A DNA stretch of 64,000 bases from Candidatus Levybacteria bacterium RIFCSPHIGHO2_01_FULL_36_15b (lineage in GTDB: Bacteria > Patescibacteriota > Microgenomatia > Levybacterales > UBA12049). The first letter of the stretch is position 1, and each line of letters begins with the position of its first letter. Below the pieces are notes generated by a model that saw only the letters and a program-made list of their open reading frames with translations, had not been told where the DNA came from and did no database searches. This document shows positions 58,301 to 64,000 of this stretch, piece by piece. The translations under genes and the position numbers were made by a program. The stretch spans positions 21,753-85,752 of the forward strand of contig MFNK01000012.1 of the NCBI GenBank assembly GCA_001782045.1, read 5' to 3'.

Positions 58301-59046
58301 TTTCTATAATCTTTGGCTTCTACTTTCATACTCTCATCCACTTTAAGAGCTTTTGTTCTTTGGCTTGCAACAGCTCTTACTAACTTTTGAAGCTCAAGCC
58401 TTGCAATGTGAGGAGGTAAAGATTTAATTTCCGTAAATCTTTTTCTATACTTACTCATTAATTCGGCGGAAAATTTATTACCTACTTGTCTTTCGGTTTC
58501 GTTTAAGTAAAGGTCAACCAAATTATCTGTATCTTCCTTAAGAATAGACTCTAAATCTTTTTCTCGCAGAGATTCGACTGCCTTAGTGAGCATTTTTGCA
58601 AAACCTGCTGGATCATCTTGCAAAGCTACGTAAAGCTTGTCTCTTAGTGCCTGCTGTTCAGGGGTTAAATTTTTTCCTTCAAAAAGGCTTACAAATTCTT
58701 TTGCCTGTTCCGGACTTAGGTGGCCTTCTTTAATGTAAAATGCGATAGTCCCATCCGGCTTAACCACTGTATATTCAGGTTTTTCGCTTGGGACTTCCTT
58801 TGGTTCTGTATCAGAGGCTCCCGCAACGGGAAGTATGCCTCTTTCAATAAGCATTTCCTGCGTTCTTCGCTCGCTCACAGAAAGTGTTCTTCCTCTATTA
58901 ACTTTTTCCCAAGCTGACCTAACTTCGGTAGGTTCTTGTATGGTTGACTCTAACTCGCTTTGTCCTGGCTCCGGCATAAATTGCTCTCCTACCTCAAGTT
59001 TAGAATTTACAGATTTTATTGTCAATTGAACTTCTTTTTCTTTCAT
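55300..59046 (-). CDS. Giant hypothetical protein (1248 aa), no TM or signal peptide, coiled-coil-rich N-terminal third
   Basis: Single uninterrupted ORF, convergent with the VirB6-like gene with stops overlapping. No recognisable catalytic motif. Confidence 0.5.
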   Translation of the reverse strand: MKEKEVQLTIKSVNSKLEVGEQFMPEPGQSELESTIQEPTEVRSAWEKVNRGRTLSVSERRTQEMLIERGILPVAGASDTEPKEVPSEKPEYTVVKPDGTIAFYIKEGHLSPEQAKEFVSLFEGKNLTPEQQALRDKLYVALQDDPAGFAKMLTKAVESLREKDLESILKEDTDNLVDLYLNETERQVGNKFSAELMSKYRKRFTEIKSLPPHIARLELQKLVRAVASQRTKALKVDESMKVEAKDYRKMELPEIIKDIRNTVKELSREEKAKYREKLVNVLKLDKSEQKAQLILILQDMESVFKDKDKIIASQMRGLMEELADKETAARTREEMIEEMVSGFEADMEIERGRLINIVETFGASDDASNAVFDEFLYANGTLINMVAASSGGNMDEIRRARLNIESIRDATNLTAEQKKERLAEIVNSVTKRFLEYQTPKNPDQYNPVNSVQELSRYLVTSQNAEYWGVDGVFPLIDREGKFHPENLLKWGREQSVLLHLSNPNDQISPLGSIHINTGFRDVSLIEMTLINKQRYFRDEKTGEIMEDLANALLYDTWLFGVVRNSDLVYRQTMNEDKKLPEVVGQIHSRSDITRSTNLRDILKMSGEFGSGEINEGRAVMFANEFYYNLSDWEKLTEIVRGSEIQKGKAQLEADLREGRINQETFQSRLKDLPKEQSGFMFTKDDFRDAIRIIQKKKDWEDIDSFEGYFDSANSDEFYCTDPYSGIKYSLFEGDKFNVKNFAKVMNFYNYANAPQSMFELAKELVRLKAAEKYGLNPGIARTETAKSEKRKEWESIVRAQLSLGRTEEQATSAANRKLLDIERYAERVNISFAENIGEHFQRAYGGGARNDVNRRGYDASTKGNLEDYSIRQSEAVRAGPTGVREAIGIYRNIIPDMWSALKTEGKMSPMEIFNEIRGVENIPHEWLLDRYLGSGRIKQEEIKSLSNEDKSKLLEDRRKDEIKEWIEKLKFNQNAERDIAGNVKMRGFQIFHAQTGGERLDINKMVTYDAIQGALVDLGYVEENFNDGFIKPARYFGNTNGGMKFSSKVRRLDVVATNNLANDAVPVYEDVTLAEASYGPEVINLVKEKWAKEHNGEEMDFRNLTDKQKKYLDGAVQIDSGEIVSGRMDMVKFGIALNVAAELRHHRHFGGPGAKWGYVRTEAFFSLLNHMEELEPDPDHPGRTRVRLGPDGKPMRFFDEDLIKLMRNNSDSKPWKLLVEDLGVEMGGPALSSLLEILARTMQYTIKA

Positions 59047-59101
59047 ACCCCGTAGTTTATACGCAGCAAAGTCAAAGTACTTGATACTAACCTTACAAAT
59101 T

Positions 59102-59121
59102 CTTTACAGTTCGCTGTAAAG
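59102..59121. promoter_or_regulatory. Perfect inverted repeat CTTTACAG-TTCG-CTGTAAAG in the divergent intergenic region
   Basis: Read directly. It lies between the start of the giant gene and the four-helix-bundle gene. Confidence 0.35.
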
Positions 59122-59148
59122 AGATTTATGATATATGAGAGATGATTT

Positions 59149-59529
59149 ATGAATAAAATCAAAAGCTTCACAGATTTAAATGTTTGGAATGAAGGTCATA
59201 AGCTAGCAGTATTAATTTATTCGATAACTAAAACATTTCCGAAGGAAGAAACCTATTCATTAGTAGACCAAATGCGAAGAGCTGCGGCTTCTGTAACCGC
59301 AAATATCGCAGAGGGGTTTGGAAGACAAACCTATAAAGAAAAACTTCAATTTTATTACATGGCGCAAGGCTCTCTAACTGAGTTGAAAAATTTTATTCTT
59401 ATTGCAAAAGACGTGGGTTATTTGAAGGAAAAAGATTTCAAATCTTTAGTAGAGCGATCTAACTTAACTCATAAATTACTTCAAGGATTAATAACAAAAA
59501 CAAAAACATTCTTAAATCCTAAATCATAA
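59149..59529 (+). CDS. Four-helix-bundle protein (23S rRNA intervening-sequence protein family / Avd-like fold)
   Basis: The N-terminus FTDLNVWNEGHKLAVLIYSITKTFPKEE...QMRRAAASVTANIAEG is typical of this family. Confidence 0.7.
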   Translation: MNKIKSFTDLNVWNEGHKLAVLIYSITKTFPKEETYSLVDQMRRAAASVTANIAEGFGRQTYKEKLQFYYMAQGSLTELKNFILIAKDVGYLKEKDFKSLVERSNLTHKLLQGLITKTKTFLNPKS

Positions 59530-59547
59530 TTCTTAAATCTTTTAAGT

Positions 59548-60855
59548 TTATGGAATAAACTTAAAGCCTCGGCCTTTTATTGTTTGTATGTGCGTTGGGG
59601 AATTTGGATTTTCTTCTATTTTTTTTCTTAGCCTAAAAATAAGCTGGTCAAGTGCTTGATCGGTTACTCCTAAAACTGTTTTTTGCTCTCCCCAAACTGC
59701 ATTTATTATTTCCTCTTTTTCTACAATTCTTTCTTTATTCTCAAGCAAAAATTTAAGTAGCCTATACTCAAGAGCGGTTAGTTTTTCGGATAATACATTT
59801 AAATCTAGTGCGTCTTCTTTTAAATCAGAAGCTTTTTCTTTTGCGTAGTCACCAAAAAGCGGGATCGAAAGTAATTTGTCTTTTATCAAACCTACTTTTT
59901 CTAAAAAGGGGGAGATGTTAAAATTTCCTCCTGCCTGCGCAGGCAGGTTTACAATCAGTTTTTGTTCTTGTGGTGTTAAAAAGTTCCAAATTGCAAAAAG
60001 AGCGCTTCGAACGGGTTTTTGTGTAAGAAAATATTTTCTTAAAAGCTGTTTATTGTCAAGCAACTCTGTGCCTGCAAGAAAGCTTTCTGCACATAGTCGA
60101 ACAAGGTTGGTGTGTCCTCCAGTGAGCTCGAAAATCTGTGAAAGTAATGTTTTATCTAATTTTTTATTCGTAATTTTTTCTAAATATGAAACCCTAAAAT
60201 CTAAACCTGCTTCATCCGAAATAGGTAAATAAACTACTTTTCCTGCAACCGTTTCGTAAAAATCTGCAAAAAAAGTTGGGTCAAAAGTATCCTCAAGCGG
60301 CCTATTTAAAGAAAAAACGACTGAAAATTTATACTTTGCCCTGTTTCTTAAAATCTTTAGGTTTGCAAAAAATTCACTTGTTATAGTTGGGGCATATTCT
60401 TCAAACCTATCGAAAAGCAAAACAACATTTAAGTCTTTTTCCAAAGACAAATAATCTATTGCTTTTTTTAATCCTGAAAATATAACCATTTCGTCTTTAA
60501 GGCTTATACTTTCTTTAAAAATCTTATTTACAACTTCGTATCTTTTAGAAAATCCTCTGTCTTTTAAAGAATCTATAACTCCAATAAAGATGAACTTGAA
60601 TACGTCTGAAAGGGGCTTTTTTCTTATTTCTGAAAAGTTTAAATATACAAAGTGGTAATTTTTTTGAGAATCTCCTAGGTGTTTTTCGCGGACTTTTTTG
60701 TTATAAGCTAAGAGTCCCAAAAAATTAGATCTTCCAACTCCGGGAATTGAAACGAGTTGCACCGAATTGCCTTCTTTAACAAAAGACAAAACTTTTTCTA
60801 TTTCTTCAAATCTTGTATTTTCCGGATAAAGATATTCAAAATGCTTATCTTCCAT
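59548..60855 (-). CDS. Putative transcriptional regulator: N-terminal P-loop ATPase-like domain and C-terminal OmpR/PhoB-type winged-helix DNA-binding domain
   Basis: The C-terminus LEYRLLKFLLENKERIVEKEEIINAVWGE...TIKGRGFKF is trans_reg_C-like. The N-terminal GVGRSNF is loop-like. Confidence 0.5.
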   Translation of the reverse strand: MEDKHFEYLYPENTRFEEIEKVLSFVKEGNSVQLVSIPGVGRSNFLGLLAYNKKVREKHLGDSQKNYHFVYLNFSEIRKKPLSDVFKFIFIGVIDSLKDRGFSKRYEVVNKIFKESISLKDEMVIFSGLKKAIDYLSLEKDLNVVLLFDRFEEYAPTITSEFFANLKILRNRAKYKFSVVFSLNRPLEDTFDPTFFADFYETVAGKVVYLPISDEAGLDFRVSYLEKITNKKLDKTLLSQIFELTGGHTNLVRLCAESFLAGTELLDNKQLLRKYFLTQKPVRSALFAIWNFLTPQEQKLIVNLPAQAGGNFNISPFLEKVGLIKDKLLSIPLFGDYAKEKASDLKEDALDLNVLSEKLTALEYRLLKFLLENKERIVEKEEIINAVWGEQKTVLGVTDQALDQLIFRLRKKIEENPNSPTHIQTIKGRGFKFIP

Positions 60856-60921
60856 ATTTTAATTATAACTTATGGCTTACTAAACTTGCATTTTTATTTA
60901 ATATTGAGATACGATAAGCTT

Positions 60922-62286
60922 GTGATTAAAAAACTGCTCACCATTTCAATAGCATGTTTGTTTTTTTCGTTTTTATCTCTAGCATACCCCAGCGCGTCTT
61001 TGGCAGATAACTGTGTTATTACCTCAGAAACTTCCACCCCTTATGTAACAGGGGCAACTCAAGCAACAATTAAAATAAATCCGAGTGGCCTATCTCCAAA
61101 TACAACTTTTTGGGTGGGTTTAAGAAATACAAGCGATAGTTGTTACCGATATAGAGATCCCCATCCCTCTTGTTTTACCGATTGGGAGCAATTTCCCTCA
61201 GGCACTTCGACAAGCGAGATTCCTTTAAACTTCGAATTTCCAAAGGCTTTGCAAACTGGACGCGTAGGAATTATCGTCAACCGAGAACAAAATTATGATA
61301 ATATATCTACCAGACAATGTTCTACGTCAATTGATGTTATTCCTTCTAATCCGGGTTCAAGCAATAAATGCCTACTCAGGGTCTGGAGCGATAATAACAA
61401 CAGATTTACTACGGCTGATAAGATATATGTAACTTTTGCTGAGGGATCACTTAAAGAGGCTCGAGACTCATTTGCACTCAAGATATTTAGAAGGGATGCA
61501 ACTGGTGATTATAAAATCATTGATAATAGCGATCAGGACTTAACACTGTCTCAGCTTTCAGAACTAACTGCTCCAACTACAAATACTCCACCTCTGCATT
61601 ATGGGACATCTAATCAGACTACTTTTGATGAGGGAGAATATCAAATAAAATTGTTCTCTAAAGATTGGTTTAATGAAAAACAATGGTGCCCTACTGCTAC
61701 ATTTCCAATAAGCCAAGAAGGCACAGAAACTCCTGGGCCGATAACCGGAGGCGGGTCTTGTAAATTCTGTCCTCCAACAAGCAGATATGAACCGGATACT
61801 AATCCGTTGGTGTGCAAAGACACATCAGGGAATACCTTGCCGGACAATCAACTGTTGTCAGCAAATTGCGAGGAGGATAAAGCTTGTAGTCCAATTTTTG
61901 GCTGCGTTGATAAAATTTCAGGAAGCCCATTTGGAGATGAAACAATTGATACGGGAAGGGCTCCGCCTTGCTCCGTGCCATTAGATGAAAATGGCTTTTG
62001 TCCTGAAATATTTACTGGTTTAGGAATTAGTTTTCCCACTACAATTGGGGGATTCACTTCTGCCCTACTTGGTGTGATGCTTAGCCTAATAGGAGGTATT
62101 GCTTTAATACTAATAATAATATCCGGATATAGGATAATGGCTTCTCAGGGAAATCCTGAAGCCTTGCAAGCAGCCCGGGAACAGTTAACCGCTGCAATTG
62201 TCGGACTTTTGTTTGTAATATTTTCGCTTGTAGTTCTTGAGGTAATTGGAGTTGATATATTAAAGTTGCCTGGATTAACAAGATAA
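60922..62286 (+). CDS. Secreted Cys-rich protein with C-terminal TrbC/VirB2-like T4SS pilin module (start taken at GTG 60922)
   Basis: Signal peptide KKLLTISIACLFFSFLSLAYPSASLA, multiple Cys pairs, and a C-terminus ...LIGGIALILIIISGYRIMASQGNPEALQAAREQLTAAIVGLLFVIFSLVV matching the downstream pilin paralogs. Confidence 0.5.
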   Translation: MIKKLLTISIACLFFSFLSLAYPSASLADNCVITSETSTPYVTGATQATIKINPSGLSPNTTFWVGLRNTSDSCYRYRDPHPSCFTDWEQFPSGTSTSEIPLNFEFPKALQTGRVGIIVNREQNYDNISTRQCSTSIDVIPSNPGSSNKCLLRVWSDNNNRFTTADKIYVTFAEGSLKEARDSFALKIFRRDATGDYKIIDNSDQDLTLSQLSELTAPTTNTPPLHYGTSNQTTFDEGEYQIKLFSKDWFNEKQWCPTATFPISQEGTETPGPITGGGSCKFCPPTSRYEPDTNPLVCKDTSGNTLPDNQLLSANCEEDKACSPIFGCVDKISGSPFGDETIDTGRAPPCSVPLDENGFCPEIFTGLGISFPTTIGGFTSALLGVMLSLIGGIALILIIISGYRIMASQGNPEALQAAREQLTAAIVGLLFVIFSLVVLEVIGVDILKLPGLTR

Positions 62287-62289
62287 TTA

Positions 62290-62616
62290 ATGATAGAAAT
62301 CGCATTAAATTTAGACGGCGAAACTATTCAAGCTCCACCCGGCGTACCAACCGGTGGGCTTAATAAACTGGTTGAGATAGTACGACTTTCGATTGAACTT
62401 GCATTTATATTTGCAATACTACTCTGTCTTTATGTGCTTATATTTTCCGGTTTCCAATGGGTGTTTTCCGGTGGCGATAAACAAAAGTTGCAAACTGCAA
62501 GACAGCGACTTACTTATGCAGTTGTTGGCTTAAGTCTTGTATTCTTGTCCTTGCTTATAATGAGCGTTCTTTCAAAAGTTGCAGGCGTTAACCTTTTGGA
62601 TATTCCAACGCCTTGA
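62290..62616 (+). CDS. T4SS pilin-like protein (two TM helices flanking an SGGDK...AR loop), paralog 2
   Basis: VFSGGDKQKLQTARQRLTYAVVGLSLVFLSLLIM. Confidence 0.55.
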   Translation: MIEIALNLDGETIQAPPGVPTGGLNKLVEIVRLSIELAFIFAILLCLYVLIFSGFQWVFSGGDKQKLQTARQRLTYAVVGLSLVFLSLLIMSVLSKVAGVNLLDIPTP

Positions 62617-62651
62617 CATAGATTTTCCTGATGTTAATATTGATTTGAACG

Positions 62652-63176
62652 GTGAAAATAATCTTAACGCTACTATTTTCTGCTACTTTCTTCTTTTTTA
62701 CGGGTAAAGCATTTGCGGATAGCATTTGCCCAAGAACTGCAAGTTTTGGTGGCCTTTGTCTTGGATCGGATGATTTAGGAAGAGTAGTTGGAACGGGAAC
62801 TGAGTATCTTTTTGTTATAGCGATTATTATCGCACTTTTGTATCTGGTCTGGGGAGGTTTAAAATGGCTTACGTCCGGCGGAGATAAAACCGCACTTCAG
62901 GCAGCTCGCGAGCACATAGTTGCTGCGGTAGTTGGATTAATAATAGTTTTCTTATCATATTTCATACTCGCATTTTTAATAAAGTTCTTTATTCCGGATT
63001 TTGATATTACCGAATTTGATTTGCCAACTGTTGGAACATCCGGTGGTTCGGGCAGCAGCGGTTCAGAATGCAGCGCAATAACTGATGGGTACTGTGTTAG
63101 AGCTCAAGCTTGTCCAGATACAAAAAGGCATGGCCAAAAGGATTGTGGTATAGGACAAGTTTGCTGCACATATTAA
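62652..63176 (+). CDS. T4SS pilin-like protein, paralog 3 (signal peptide, Cys-rich C-terminal extension)
   Basis: LVWGGLKWLTSGGDKTALQAAREHIVAAVVGLIIVFLSYFIL. Confidence 0.55.
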   Translation: MKIILTLLFSATFFFFTGKAFADSICPRTASFGGLCLGSDDLGRVVGTGTEYLFVIAIIIALLYLVWGGLKWLTSGGDKTALQAAREHIVAAVVGLIIVFLSYFILAFLIKFFIPDFDITEFDLPTVGTSGGSGSSGSECSAITDGYCVRAQACPDTKRHGQKDCGIGQVCCTY

Positions 63177-63231
63177 GATTATTAAGAAGGGACTTGACAA
63201 ACTGTAAAAAGATGTCTAGCATAAATTATAG

Positions 63232-63636
63232 ATGAGAAAAATAGTTGCTTTTTCTTCAACCCTTGGAGCTTATCTTGTAAGTGCTAGTTCTGCTTTTGCC
63301 CAGCTAGATACGACAGACGTAACGCTTTGCCCAAAAGAAGGATCAAACTTTATAAATCTTTGTGGCTTACAAATTAGCGATTTAATCGGCCCTGCAATAA
63401 ACTTCCTATTCATTATTGCTGTAATTATTACTCTCTTTTATCTTGTCTGGGGAGGCTTAAAATGGCTTACATCAGGCGGGGACAAAACTGCTGTTCAGGC
63501 AGCTCGCGAGCACATTGTAGCAGCAGTAGTTGGGTTAGTAATAATTTTCTTATCATATTTCATACTTAACTTTATACTGGTATTCTTCCTTGGACAAGAA
63601 TTTGGTATTTCAAGCTTCTCCATTCCTCATCTTTAA
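63232..63636 (+). CDS. T4SS pilin-like protein, paralog 4
   Basis: LVWGGLKWLTSGGDKTAVQAAREHIVAAVVGLVIIFLSYFIL, near-identical in the core to paralog 3. Confidence 0.55.
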   Translation: MRKIVAFSSTLGAYLVSASSAFAQLDTTDVTLCPKEGSNFINLCGLQISDLIGPAINFLFIIAVIITLFYLVWGGLKWLTSGGDKTAVQAAREHIVAAVVGLVIIFLSYFILNFILVFFLGQEFGISSFSIPHL

Positions 63637-63680
63637 ATCTACTTGAACTAAAACAATTAGTCTGATACTCTGAATTTAAT

Positions 63681-64000
63681 ATGTTTTCAATGCCGTTAAA
63701 TGGCGACGAATGGGAATGCGCTGTCGAAGGCGTAGCTACTCTTTCGTGTATTCCCGATATTTTAAAAGTGGTAATCTTTTGGGCTTTAGTTTTTGCAGGA
63801 ACCGTTGCCTTGTTTTTAATGATTTTTGCAGGAATTAGGTTTATAAATTCCGGTGGAGACCCAAAAGCAGCAGACACTGCACGAAAAACTTTTACCTACA
63901 CAATTCTTGGGCTTTTAGTAATTATTTTATCTTTCTTTATTCTAAATTTAATTTCAACAATCACAAACGTTCCTTGCATTCTCAAATTTGGAGAGCTGGG
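63681..64000 (+). CDS. T4SS pilin-like protein, paralog 5 (partial; runs off the window end)
   Basis: Hand translation MFSMPLNGDEWECAVEGVATLSCIPDILKVVIFWALVFAGTVALFLMIFAGIRFINSGGDPKAADTARKTFTYTILGLLVIILSFFILN... Confidence 0.5.
   Translation, partial: MFSMPLNGDEWECAVEGVATLSCIPDILKVVIFWALVFAGTVALFLMIFAGIRFINSGGDPKAADTARKTFTYTILGLLVIILSFFILNLISTITNVPCILKFGEL

Noticed and set aside
59149-59529. Diversity-generating retroelement
   Set aside because: Only the Avd-like four-helix-bundle gene is present. No reverse transcriptase or TR/VR pair is visible in the window.
1-64000. CRISPR arrays and IS elements
   Set aside because: There are no regularly spaced direct repeats and no transposase-like ORFs. 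The only tandem repeats are the short heptamer tracts and codon-level repeats (PEPQ).

Overview
AT-rich bacterial chromosome fragment (roughly 35-40% GC by eye) that reads with the standard code 11: TGA behaves as a stop. Gene content and style resemble a reduced-genome Patescibacteria/CPR-like organism. It is densely packed with housekeeping genes: a partial ATP-dependent DNA ligase, fic, recF, mutM, a 5'-3' exonuclease, ftsH, trpS, tgt, murD, nrdR-nrdJ with a PduO-type adenosyltransferase, gap, pgk, two tandem class-A PBPs, rpe, rpiB, smpB with an adjacent tmRNA, comF, a NUDIX hydrolase and a VIT-family transporter. I call seven tRNAs (Met-CAU, Ile-UAU, all four Ser isoacceptors clustered, and an Arg read as GCG) and one tmRNA. 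Three accessory regions stand out. (1) 4.0-11.2 kb: a tightly overlapping operon with a MoxR-like AAA+ ATPase and a vWA/MIDAS protein, surrounded by four proteins (two of them large tandem paralogs) that all start with the same motif, RADEVADLDPY-x-VR. This is my candidate for a previously undescribed system. (2) A split type-IV-secretion-like apparatus: a VirB4-family ATPase operon at 24.5-27.4 kb, and at 52-64 kb an M23-like lipoprotein, a VirB6/TrbL-like polytopic protein, a 1248-aa giant protein, an ATPase-wHTH regulator, and at least five tandem TrbC/VirB2-like pilin paralogs. Both halves are preceded by the same approximately 60-bp palindromic element. (3) 20.4-24.5 kb: a tRNA-Met/tRNA-Ile bracketed islet holding a nucleoside-deoxyribosyltransferase-like::RHH fusion, two families of paralogous small ORFs and a Xer-like tyrosine recombinase. 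I also saw in-frame heptanucleotide tandem repeats inside both the ligase and the Fic gene, and a structured leader with a terminator between nrdJ and the adenosyltransferase gene.
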